Shown here piece by piece: positions 36,721 to 49,124 of a stretch of DNA of 57,784 nucleotides; the stretch's first letter is position 1; every line of letters begins with the position of its first letter. Origin of the DNA: Octopus sinensis (Eukaryota); contig NW_021833096.1 of assembly GCF_006345805.1 (NCBI RefSeq), positions 1-57,784 of the forward strand, given 5' to 3'. The notes beneath the pieces were generated by a model. The model did no database searches. It was not told the origin of the DNA and saw only the letters and a list, made by a program, of their open reading frames with translations. Made by a program: the position numbers and the translations under genes.

Positions 36721-38370
36721 CTAATTAAAGCTTATCCGACCCTTGGAGGTCTCATCAGCCACTTTTCTCGACTTATTCTGGTCATTCACAATTTCGAAAA
36801 GCCTTGATGAAGGCAATCCCGTGACGTCTTTTACCGTTGATAGCCATCGAGTCCTCGGTCGGCCAGAACTTCTCTTCCCACCAATATTGATCAGCATAAT
36901 GGTTCTTTCCAATGAATCAGAGCGGACGACATGTCCAAAGAACGCCAATCTGTGTTTTACAATTTTCCTTCAAGCGAAATGTCCGTATCAACCCGTTTGA
37001 GTATATCGATATTTGGTATTTGGACGTCCAAGGGAAAAACGCATATATCAATGAAACATCCTATGAAACTATACGAAACGTTTGTAAAGACAATATTTTT
37101 ATATAATTCTGAAACATGGAACTTTCGAAAAGTGATTTAGAACAACTTGACACCTTTCCATAAAAGCCAATTTCCTATACTGAATGGAATCTTTTGGCCA
37201 AGAAAAACCCCAAACGAAAAACTATATACTCTATATAATTTTAGACCAATCAGCATAAAAGTGATTTTATGGAGATAACGACAATTTGGACATAGCCTAA
37301 GAATAAGTCCATATACACTGTGCAACCAAATAATGGAAAATTATTTTCATACTGGAAGTAATAAATTCCGCGGAAAACAAAAAACCTCACTCCCAACTTG
37401 TTTAAAAATAGACTACGCAAAAATCGGACGAAAATTGCTGACAACAGAGGATTTAAACGCTGTTCAAATAAGGGCTAAAAACAAGGGAGCGTAGGGAAAG
37501 ATGGCCAAAATGCATGACCCATGCGAATCTCTTTGTGGCTTACGAGAAAGAGCGCTTAACTAACTAAATATTATTATTTATTAGTGGATTGACTATAGCC
37601 AGGTTTAGAGACTATTCTTTTATGAAATCCCAGTTAACTTCAGATTAGGTTGTGTCGTTTATGTATACTGGCCGTCTCAAAACATGACTTAACAATTTAT
37701 ATATTTAAGGGCAAATTACGTAACAAAAAATTCCATTTAATAGAACCTGCCTACTTAATGAACATCACCAATCTACGTCAAAACATAACAAAAATTTAAG
37801 AACGCACGGGCCAAGGTGAACTTTTCTAATTATGAATGAATAGCCACCCCTGAGCGGTTCTTGGTAACTGCTACCCTTTGAGATGTTTCCCAAAGTACGC
37901 TGAGGGCCGCATGTTTGACACCCCTGTGCTAGAATTATCTTTTTATGTTAGATCGTCTTTCTCAAGGCGGTTCGAAACAAATGTCGGCACATCCCAAGCT
38001 GACTCTCTCTTACCTCTGCTATTTTTCATTTACATGGAAGCCGCTTTGAAAGATTCTACGATGACGATGTTGACTTAACTTTCGATTACAAAGATGCTTT
38101 AATCGATCTTTTAAACAATTCTCCGAAAACACTTAATAAATGGTTCCTCATAATCGACATTTTTAAAACCGAATTCATTCAGAAAAAAACACAAGGACAC
38201 CAGAGTTGGCAAAACTTGAGGAATGTCGAAAAACATGGTCTCTAACTAAGGCAGCAAAGACATTTCCCACTGAAAATTACTGGCTACTGCGGCTCAAAGC
38301 AGAATACGCAAAGGATAGCTCCAAAGCCAGCCTTCAAATCGCCAACTCAGATTAAGGCTTTATTGCCTTT
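36721..38370. mobile_element. Cluster of decayed RTE-like LINE pieces on both strands
   Basis: AFFGHVVRSDSLE..GRPRTRW (-); IFLYNSETW, FGHSLR and TNVGTSQADSLLPLLFFIYME (+). Confidence 0.75.
37904..37926 (-). mobile_element. Single hAT (Charlie/Buster-like) terminal inverted repeat
   Basis: Reverse complement reads CAGGGGTGTCAAACATGCGGCCC; the partner end was not found. Confidence 0.5.
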
Positions 38371-39253
38371 CTTAAAAAATTATAACATTATTTACCAATT
38401 TGATTTGAAAAAAAAGAAAATGAAACCAGAAAAAGTAACAAAATCAAAAATGATTTATTTTTTAGCAGCTGTTGCAAGACTGTCATTATAATTTTATTTT
38501 TGGGATCAAGTTGAAGGCCTGAATTTTTTTAATCATTCGGAAGTTTCCCCATCTCCTTTCCAAATGCTATATGACTCGGAATTTTTTCATTTTAGAAGTT
38601 TTATTCATTTTTGTCTTTGTCATCGTATAATTTTAATTTGTCTAAATAATGAAATGATTTTATTTATATGAATAATTCACAACGTATATTAATTCTTATG
38701 ATAGTTGTCTAATCTAAAATTTAAAAAACAATTAATAAAACCCAACTTGATACTTATTTAATAAATCAATTAATCATTTTATTCAAAATGAAATAAATCT
38801 AATAGAATTTTCTCGTCTTCATTTCGAACTACTCTCTATCCTCTTCATAGTCGTCCTCTCGTCAAAAGATCTTGCATCGATTTTAAATTGAAAGTCTTTT
38901 TTGCCTACTTATTAATTTCACATTATTTTTCTTTTAGTGCCATCTTTTAAAGCATTTTTTACGATAGTCAAATAGCTGATTTCAACTGTTGACAGTTATT
39001 TGTGTCAATTCACGAGTTTTTGTATTCAATTTGCATACTTTACAAGATTTTCCTTATCATAGTACTACGAATATAGGCCTTATTATCTATTTCGAATCTA
39101 TTCTAAGCGAATATTTGAAAATTTAAATGATTATGCGGTGTTTTCAATCTACAATTAGTTTTGTGAAATAATTGTTTAAATCAGTTTTAGTGGGAAATAG
39201 TGGTTCGTGTGGATAAATAGAAAATGTTCCGAATAAGTCCACTAATCAAATCA

Positions 39254-39301
39254 TGTCAGTAAGCGTTTTGTCAGTAAGCGTTTTTGTCAGTAAGCGTTTT
39301 T
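39254..39301. repeat. TGTCAGTAAGCGTTT(T) x3
   Basis: Directly visible. Confidence 0.85.
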
Positions 39302-39567
39302 CAAACTTTTTTCCGAACAATTTTCATAATGGCATTATTTTTTTCGGAATAAAAAATTATATTAACAAATAGTAAATACTAAGCTGAGGAAATAGTAATT
39401 GATTGTCACGATCGGCAGCCTGTATCGCGTGTGTTTTGTTTGCCACGAAGAACCGCAATTCCAATACGCTGGCGATACAAGTTTTCCTCGCAACTGTCCT
39501 TGAATTAATCAGTTGGATTGAAGCTGATCATCAGATCACTTTGAATGAAGTTCATAATAGACAAATT

Positions 39568-40034
39568 CCCTTCACAGCTGGAACCGGTCGGGCTGGCTCG
39601 GGAGGATGGTAAACGTCCTGATGGTCTAACGACCTTCCCATTTGAAAGTGGCAAGTCTCTCATTTGGGACGCTACTTGCACGGATACCTTCTCCGCCGGG
39701 AACATCTTGACGTCAGCTTTAGAGCCGGGCTCCGCAGCCAACCTGGCCGAAACGCTAAAAATCAAGAAATACAGTGCACTATCTCACCGCCATATCTTTG
39801 CCCCGATTGCAGTGGAGACATCGGGAGTTCTCGGCCCCAGAACTAAAAAATTCCTTATTAAGCTGGGGGATTTGGCAAGCAGAAGAAGAAATGATCGTCG
39901 GGAACGGACATGGCTTTTCCAACGCATATCAATAGCCATCTTGCGTGGGAATTGCCATTCCATCTTATCCTCTGCTGCTAATTAAATACTAATCTAATAA
40001 CTAACTTTTTAATGCACCATTTAGATGAAAAAAA
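39568..40034 (+). mobile_element. 5'-truncated CRE-like RLE retrotransposon
   Basis: LEPVGLAREDGKRPDG..LIWDATCTDT..AVETSG..ISIAILRGN; A tail; 12-bp TSD AATAGACAAATT at 39556-39567 and 40035-40046. Confidence 0.9.
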
Positions 40035-41436
40035 AATAGACAAATTAACTTGGAAATGGTATAGGATGCCGGTTGGTGCTATACTTCTCAAAATAAAGGT
40101 TGTCTACATTTTCGGCCGTTTATTAATAAGTTGAAAATTTTTTGAAATATAAGCCATTTGTGACAAATCTAGATTATTCGAATCATTGCTAATCGGATTT
40201 TAAAATTTCCCATCAGATCTGATAGAATTAATGAAACTGTTATTTACTAGAAGTTAACAAAGCCATCTATCCGAAGTGGACCCCGCCAACATAATTGACG
40301 TTGCGTTGCCTCTTACGAGAGCAACGGAGATTAATGAAATAGATGGTTTGATGAGATTTTCACCAGAAACGTGAGAATTCTCATTTTTTTAATTATCATC
40401 CAATTTTATAGAATGCAATTAGTCCTTATAATTTTAAATACAAACAGCAATTGTTTTTTTTGTTACTAAAATCGTATACACTGCTCCGGTAAATAATGTC
40501 TCAATTATTTTAAAATGGGATTTGTTTGTTACAAAATGCTACAATAAGTGAATAATGTGCCAATTATGGATATATTCTATAGTTAGCAGTAAAAAAATCA
40601 TTAAAAGTATTAGTGTCGAGCATTAACGTGGAATCAACACTATAATTAAAGAAATATTATATGCCACAGATTCGCTTGAAAATGCACGGACTAATTTTTT
40701 TTTTTTTTTGTGAACGGACTAATTATGTTCACAAAATAGCGAGTCCGGCTGTCAAGATTAGAGTGGAAATCGGTCAGAATCCTTCAAAAAAGAGTCTGTT
40801 AATTGAATCGTATTAGTTGGTGGAATTTTTTTAATTTTAATAATTTAATGACAGTTGGAATACTTGCCTATTTATTTGACCATTTTCGAATCTAACGAAT
40901 AGATTAGCATCAGTTTAAATTTGATTATTTTGATAGTTGATTTAAAAAGAAATTAAATTTGACATCATTTTGCAAAACTTTATCGAAACATAAATCCTCA
41001 TTAATAAAAGATTCTGAAATAAATCGCTTATTGTGCCCTTTATTTTATAGTTCACCCTTATATTGTACTTAGATAAGTCACTAATTTATATTCCTTCTAT
41101 TTTCGAAACGTAAATTTCATTTTCCATATTTATTTTGCTTATCAGACTTTAATTACGAGTCTACGGAAGCCCATATGTCTTGTATTTAGATCATAGCAGT
41201 AATATTCGCTATAAATACACCCATAGATAATGGCATTATTTTTAAAGTGAAAAATGAAAGAGATTAAATAATTTATAAATTTTTTAAATTAAAATAAATT
41301 ATTTTTTATATTCTTGTGTTGTTGGACGATCATATGAGTTTTTGACAATTAATAGAGCCGATAGCGACAGTTCATATGGCGTAGAACTTCAGAAAAATAA
41401 AACAAGAAGGCCTGTAACCCATAAAATACATTTTAG

Positions 41437-42499
41437 GGTACATATGTAGTAGTTGGCGGCCACTTTTTAGCGAATTTTAAAAAAACTATATTTTTTTTGG
41501 TGAATAATTACCTTTTTTAAATAATATTACTATAAAAAAATTAATTATTTTTTTATTTTAGTTTTGATTCTGGGGGACAATATAAGGCAATGCACTCCAT
41601 GATTGTTTCAAATTCTTTCTTTTTGGCTGTCTGTCGCCAAATGAACTCCGTAAAATAACTATTAAGGTGTTGTCTGACTGTTCCCCTTTGTTTTCTATTA
41701 CGCCATTTGGCGCTACTCCACATTCTAAGGAATAATTATATAATTGGAAACCTTTCAATATGTTGGGTGTGTGCACCCGTAGTTGGATCAACAAAACAAT
41801 ATCTGTGATTCACTTGCAGGTGCTGATATCCTGCATCCTGAAGATCTTTTGTTGAATAACCCTTCCAGCAGTCTGATATGAGAATGATGCCTTCTTCTAC
41901 ATTCTCAAGAATAGCCTTCGTAAGGGTCTTCATTGTTCTGTCAGGTATTGCTTCACCTATTTTGGATCTCTGACGAGATGTCAATGATAGCATGCAAATT
42001 TCACGCATGTACATTGACCAGTCCACGGTTGTATGTGAAGCCCAACCAAGATTTTTCATGCATATCTCCATAGAAGATAAATTTTTTGCCCACAGGTAGA
42101 CAAACCGGATTATATCTTCGAATGGTACTTTGGTTCCTGCTAACCACGTTCCTGTTGAGTTTTAATGATATAAATACCAGTTTTTAGACTCGATTTACTT
42201 CGACAGCCCCTTCTGTAGCAATCCCAAGCCGGAGAGCTGCCAATGTTTAAAGTCATTTGGTGTCCGTTGCGACACACTTTTTTTTGGGATGATTCCTCTG
42301 GATTGCATGAAATTGATAGCTTCTGACATATTGTGGGTAGATTGAATAGATTGACCTCACTTCTCATTTAAATTAAAGTAGCGTGGGATTTTATTATTTT
42401 TATATTGTATTATTTTTAATTATATATTTTTTTTAACTAAAAAAATATAGTTTTTTTAAAATTCGCTAAAAAGTGGCCGACAACTACTACATATGTACC
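41437..42499 (-). mobile_element. Merlin (IS1016/ISXO2-like) DNA transposon, internally deleted
   Basis: TIRs of about 60 bp, GGTACATATGTAGTAGTTG(G/T)CGGCCACTTTTTAGCGAA; zinc ribbon CRNGH..CYRRGC; ISDCWKGY..VNH..FVDPTTGAHTQHIE. The VEIDES segment is missing and no TSD was seen. Confidence 0.88.
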
Positions 42500-42662
42500 A
42501 AATAAGAATTTCAGTAATAAAAATAGATAATTTAATTGATAAGTAGAGTAGATTCAATCAATCACACGTGGAAGGGTATCAGAAGACTTTAAAATACTAT
42601 TTATTTAAATAATTAAATAATTTTAATAAATATTAATAATTCAAATAAATATAGAATTTACT

Positions 42663-44265
42663 ATGTTAGATTACATGAGCGATCAAAGAAATGAACCAAA
42701 ATTATCCGATCTATTAAACAACGTAATTCAATTTCCTGATCAAATTCAGATCACGGAATTATGCCAGTCAGACACCACCCGACGACGAGCCTTAAATCAG
42801 TTTTTAATTGCCTACGACGTCTTAAAAAAACGACTAACAAAAATAGATTTAAAAATTAATAAAAAAGAAGATTTTTCCAAATCGGTTTATCACTTCCGGT
42901 TATCAGTAAAGGACATTGAAATGCTGACAGCCCCCCATCCCAACAAAATAGACCAAATAAAAGCCAAGGCTGACGAATTGGAACTTCCGGTGGACAGTAT
43001 AAGTTGGAAAATAATCATTCGACTGTTGGAGGGACTCCATTTGTCGTGGAATTCCGCGATTCCGTGGATTAACATGACGGAAAATGGACAGTCAGTATGT
43101 CGGAAATGTGTATATATAGATTAATTGCTACAAACTTATTGATAAACATCACTTTCCGACCAGCAGTTGCTCATTAGTGGCCAATCAGACACAAAAAATG
43201 CCATTTTATCGTATTTCTGAAGAGAATTTGACTATAAACATTCCTGAGTTACATCAATCGACTCACATCGACAATTCCATAGAAAAAAACAACACAGAAA
43301 GTCACGTGTTGATTGAGGAAGACGAAGGCATTCAGTCGGGGACCGGGGGTCACTCCGAGATCACCAAATATGGACTTGGTTCACATCCTGTGGCTATAGA
43401 CATGATATATGCAGCAGTGGAATTGTTTCCTGATGACGATTTGTCCTCGAATGGCATGAAGGGGTGCCCCAATAGTTCGGAGTACTCCACCGTGTCGGTG
43501 AGTTATTCGGAAAGTGTTGAAGAACGTGATTTTTGTAGTCAAAATGGTCATAAAAGTGAAAATGAGAATTATTTTGAGTCAACAAATTTACAAGATGTGA
43601 CATTGGAGAGTTTTGATATTAAAATATGTGAGAAAACAATAAATGATGACCTCGGGAATCGAACCCTCGACCATGTGTTAAATAGGGAAAACGGAGATTT
43701 GATTTTTGACCAGGAAACGGATCAAAAAAATGATTTGCACGTTTTTGATTTCTATTCTTGTGCACAAAATTATAAGAGAAAATACAAATTCAAAAACAAG
43801 AATTCAATATCCAGAGATATTGTGATACAAGACAGTAATGAACAGAAAGAGAAAAATTATCAGTTTTCTAAAACAACGACAAAACAGAGAAATCTTGCTA
43901 ATAAATATGAAATTGAAACGGACTTGTGGCATCGCTTTCTTGAAGAAAATGTCTCTTTTATAGAAAATGGACTTGAATTAGATATTCCCCCAATGAGTAA
44001 TGTCCCATTCGTCCAGGCCAATGAAACTTTGGAAGGATTGGACTCCTCAGATAAAAATACTGAGGAAAATATTTTGATTAATTATATTGGAGAATATAAA
44101 TATATCAACATATATATTCTAATGTATATTTTATTTAATATTTTAGATTTATTATTTTATTCGGAATTGTGTTCTTACTCATTGTGGGGACAACCTGGTC
44201 GACATTTGGTGTTAAACCAATTTAACATATTAATTAAATATTTAATAAACATTTTGAATGAGTGA
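42663..44265 (+). CDS. Unknown protein: helical N-terminus, acidic disordered body, C-terminal hydrophobic segment
   Basis: Two long same-strand ORFs (153 and 362 aa), probably joined by tiny introns. Confidence 0.55.
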
Positions 44266-44559
44266 AATACAATTTTATGAACTGTATTTGTTTCTGTCCA
44301 CAAGTTCCGAAATCCATTAGCTCTAAGAAAATTTGTGGTGCTCAAAATAATATATTCCGTTTTTTTTTGAACTTGTCTTTTAAATCCATGTCTTAATATT
44401 TTGTGATTTCTGGATAATTTTAGACTCATCAATTTAAACACATAGTCTAACACAATACCACTGTAAAACTGGCTGGTATACAATTGGCATGTAAAAAGGG
44501 CTGGTTGCATTAAATTCGCCAGGTTTGATGTCATAAGTGTGTATTGGCCAGTAAAATGT

Positions 44560-44984
44560 CTAAGACTAGTAACTGAAAAAAGAGTTGAGTGGCACCCCGA
44601 CAGGCACACAATGAAGCTCTCTGTCCATTAATTAAGCTCAGTTTTGAATGTCTCCCAACCAAAATGAATGACCTAATGTCAGCTTCACAGCACAATTAAG
44701 CTCATCCCCTATCCTTACCCAATTTGATGAATCAGTGAGGATGACTTCTCGTACAACTTATTCAAATCACAACTAATCTTGCCCTCCTTGTCTTGTACCT
44801 CTGAGGACATTAAAGATCACACTGACCCTTTATTTGACCCCTCGATCAACCCGTTCACAAACACCTCTGTCAATCTCCTGGACTGTTCAATCGCCTTATC
44901 TAAATAAGACTTAATACTACTACTAATTAATGCTCTATTTTTCTGCTGCACGACTTGATGATCTCTCAACAACTTTGACAACAT
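44560..44984 (-). pseudogene. BLOC1S1: BLOC1S1/GCN5L1 pseudogene
   Basis: MLSKLLRDHQ..AIEQSRRLTEVFVNGL..WVRIGDELNCAVK..LGDIQN*A*LMD; a frameshift, two stops and a damaged splice site. Confidence 0.72.
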
Positions 44985-45189
44985 AATTATATCTTAAAAT
45001 GATGTGAGTCTGTGTGCGCGCATTTACTTCAAATAAGTAAAATATAGATAAATTGTCAAAATACTTTCTCCTTATAATTCGGAAAGAATGGAAAACAAGC
45101 CCCAAAAATCTTCTACTTAAAAAACCAACATATCAAGAATATCCTCAATAATGAGTAACATATAACTGCAGATTTATAGTATGAAATAA

Positions 45190-46240
45190 AGCAATGATAA
45201 AGATAAAGTTATATTGGGAAAAATATCTAAATTATTTATATTTCTGAGAATAGTCATAATTTTATCGGATTTTTTGAATGACACATTTATATTTGACTTT
45301 AGCGTTAAAAAGAAATGATGTATCTCTATTTATTATTAGGAGCGTTAGCTTTTCAAACACTCGGTAATTTTAAATTTAAAGTGAAATCTATGCATAGGAT
45401 ATCCATGGAAATTGAATATTTATTTCGAAAACATCCCTGTTTTGTTTATAATTAATAACTATAGAGAAACGATGTTTTAACGACAATACAAGTAATAATT
45501 TTTAGATATATAATAGGCTCTCTCTGATGTAATTGAAATAACCGAAGTTGATGTGATTTCATATAAATTAAATCAATTGATTATCAGAATAGAGTTAGTT
45601 TTATTAAATTTCATTTTTCAAAGTACAGACAACAAGAGTATGAATAAAATAACCAAGAATGAGATTAAAATAATATACGTAAAATACTACAATCAAAATG
45701 TATTTAAAAATATATTTATATAGAAAAATCATGGATCAATTCTATATAATATATTACATTTGTTTGGCTTGCCTAATTCGAACAATACAAATCATATTAT
45801 GAATAATACTTCGTGGTAATTCTATGTCATTCTATTTAAGTAATCGAATATTGACGAAAAAAGAATTAAATTATCTTCGAAATATGAACCATCTTATAAA
45901 TGACAGTAATCAAAATTTAATTTTTCAGCAACTTTATCACTTCTATTAAAAAGTAGAATAAAACCATCTGAGAAGACATTATACACCCCATCTTCTATGT
46001 TAGAATGTATATTTTTATTATTATTTTGCAAATCGTTCTATTCCTGCTAAAAATAAATCAAAATTCAATATTGAATTGGTGTATGTCATACCCACTGTTA
46101 TTACATTTCTGATTCTTTCGCTCGTTGTCGTCCTTACAGTAAGAAAAAACAGAAAATCGCTTGAATCGAATAATTTAGAGGGGTAATTTTAAATTCAAAT
46201 TTTATTAAAAGAAATCCACCTCACCAGGAGCCTTCAATAA
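45190..46240 (+). CDS. Possible single-pass membrane protein (model unresolved)
   Basis: TM LVYVIPTVITFLILSLVVVLTV followed by RKNRK at about 46075-46155. Confidence 0.3.
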
Positions 46241-46269
46241 ATTAAAACTAAAATAATAATAAATTACTA

Positions 46270-47210
46270 ATACTAACAAAGATTTTCTGGGTTTACGATC
46301 TTCACTTTTTCTATAATTTTAGAAACTGTACTATTCTCCTCAGTAAAAATAGAATGAGTAATACTAGGCATAGGACACATTCCTCCATTGACCTCCCATA
46401 ACTGCCACATGATACAATAAATCACTATTAAACTACAATCTCAGCCACCAAAACTCAGTTATATCTGGAAGGTGACACAAAATAGTCACAGTATTCCATA
46501 CTCTCACAAAAATACTACTTTTCCTATATAAATACATTTTCTGATCATATTTTGACAAGTAGTGACAATAGACAACAGTCTTTTACACAGTGTTCTCTCT
46601 TCTTCCATTCTCCATTGGGCCATGTTCTGGGGATTCTGAAGGATAGTATACCAGACTGACATATCCAGATCAAACATACCAATTAAACCATAACAGTTCA
46701 CAAGTTGTTTCAAATAACTCAACAACTCAATCAACAGACTTACTTTTCAATTGACAGCTCTTTTTATATTAACTAAAAGAGACAACTTTAAATGTCCGGA
46801 CTAGTCCTATCAATATAGTAAGTAATATTACACTTTATAATACCAGAACATCAGAGAAATATATATCCAGGGATAGATAAGACAGAGAAGTTTTTCGCAC
46901 AACATAAACGAAAAGGATTTGTAGGAGAAGTTGAAGAATATAGTCATTTTGGCCACATATTCAGTAAAGAGGTTCCAAATAGAATTCACTTGGGCCAGAA
47001 AAACAACAATTTCCTTACTGTCTTGAACTATCTGGTGATAACTGGCCGAATCAATGGAAAACAGGCAACTAATACTCTCACTAGATAAAATGTCATTTGT
47101 TCGATTGTTTCAATTATATTTAACACATTTGTTATACACACGCAGACAGTAAACATGCTCCACTACAACTGGCGGGTATTTTTTGTTAACAAATAAATAT
47201 TTATTATCAA
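46270..47210 (-). CDS. Unknown multi-exon gene
   Basis: Several short open segments bounded by GT..AG, including ORF 46504-46734; no family recognised. Confidence 0.3.
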
Positions 47211-47282
47211 TGAAGGAATACCGTCTTAAAATTAAATAAATAAATCAAATATTTATAATAATTTATAAAAATAAATAAATAT

Positions 47283-47746
47283 TTATATAAAAATTTGTTT
47301 GCTTGCACATAAAAAAGTAGCACTCACAGTGAGTATTCCATTAAATACATTTTGTTCATAAACAGTGTGGACCTCTGCATTGCCCTTCTTGTCCTGAATG
47401 GCAATATATGTCCCAGGTCCGTCACTGCCGACGTAGGGACTGAAATACCCCACAAGAAATATCTGGGTAGATTCAACTGACTTGTATTTGACCCAGTTTT
47501 TGCTTGTTTTTTGAATTGCGACTATTTGAATCAGAATTTTGTCGATTATTAATTCTCCGTAATAGCAGGGTTCGTAGTGTTTGTCCACATTGTCGTGTGC
47601 TTTCGCTATTAGAGCCTGAGTGTCGGTGTGGGGTACAAATACTGTCATGATTGTGTTTATTATTGGACTAGGACATTACTTTTAGGTAAATATACATAAA
47701 ATGCCAATAAAGGTCGTCACAGCAAACACTGTCGACCATGCAAACA
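47283..47746 (-). CDS. Unknown protein, possibly secreted (weak C-type-lectin-like pattern)
   Basis: 121-aa ORF with IFLVGY and terminal FLCAS; the upstream signal-like exon MFAWSTVFAVTTFIGIL is not cleanly in frame. Confidence 0.35.
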
Positions 47747-47972
47747 TTTAAATATTTTATTGTCATGTTATTCATAAATAATTTTAATTATTTCTTTATA
47801 TAGAAATTAATATATTTCCATTTATAGAAACACTCCAAAGTGGCTAAAAAACATAAATAATCAATGACACTACACGTGTTGTATTTGCTAAATTTCTCTC
47901 ATTTTCTATTTTTATTACTGTTTATATATTTGTTTTTGTTATGATATTGTTGAGAATAAAATATTTAAAAAA

Positions 47973-48524
47973 ATGTTGAGGTGTGTGCTTGCTGCAATCT
48001 CGACTAGATCTATAGGAATATTCAATATCAGGCCCGATTTTGCTCACCCTTTGCTTGGTGGTGTAAAAGTAATGATTATAATCCATATTTCAGCCTACCG
48101 ACAAAGAACCAGACGATTTGTACAGTCAAATCAAGATTATACTAAAAGGACACGATAAATCAGTACTCAGTAGCTATACTACATTCATGTCACTGTCGGC
48201 TTCTTACCTAGACATCTCCCTCACAATGTCTCGCCCGTCCACTGATATTTCAGAGTTGGGTGTCCTTCCAAAATTCGTCGTTGGTCTGTTCTAAAGGCAC
48301 CAACAGGAAAGGCCAAGCACCTGGTGCAGTACGAGACACGGACTCACGTGCGTCAAATCACAGTAGAGTAGTGCCATTCAGCGTAGCTCTATCATTTGAC
48401 TGGTTCTACTGCTGATACGTATTTGGCCTATCTTCAATTGCAGTTGCCGGAAGGAGTGGCCATGACTGTACAAAGGGTACGAATTGAGGGTCTTCCTAAC
48501 ATAATCCTCAATGGACGGACTTGA
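47973..48524 (+). CDS. MRPS10: Mitochondrial ribosomal protein uS10m
   Basis: [58 protein letters not shown]. Confidence 0.92.
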
Positions 48525-48599
48525 TATTATTATTTTATTAAGTTTTTTGTCAAAAGATGTTGATTCTGTTCTTTGTTGAGTCTGTAATCTGTGGTGCCC

Positions 48600-48990
48600 C
48601 AAAATAGGGGTTTTATAAAACAAAGATTTTTGAGCATTAAAAATCAATTTTAGAAAAGTTCTATTTTGTTAATCGATCGTTTAAATTAATTTTCACCATT
48701 TTGAAAGCACAAAAACTGAACCAGATAATTGGAGTAATAATTTTTAAAGATCTTTTTTCTTTTTTCAAAGGTTGCAAATAAGGTTTTGTATTTTTTGGCA
48801 AAAATAAAAACTCATTGTTCGAGCATAAAATATTTTCATTACATGCAGCATTATCAAGCAATATTAATGTTTTTCTGTTGATTGTATAAAATTTTTCATA
48901 ATTATATCTTCCATATGTAAAACAATTTTTAAACACATTAAAATGTTAAAATCAATTTTGAAGGAGGGCGCCCTAAACTGCGTAGTCTTC
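48600..48990 (-). mobile_element. pogo transposase remnant
   Basis: LILLDNAAC..FLFLPKNTKPYLQPL. Confidence 0.65.
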
Positions 48991-49124
48991 AACAATCTTT
49001 CTCACTTTTCTAACTGTCCATAAATTAACTCTATTATTACAAAAAATTTTAAAGCCGTATATAAGGTGATTTTGTTTATGAAAGAATCGGATATCGGAAC
49101 CTTCTAAAATAGTGGAGTATATTA

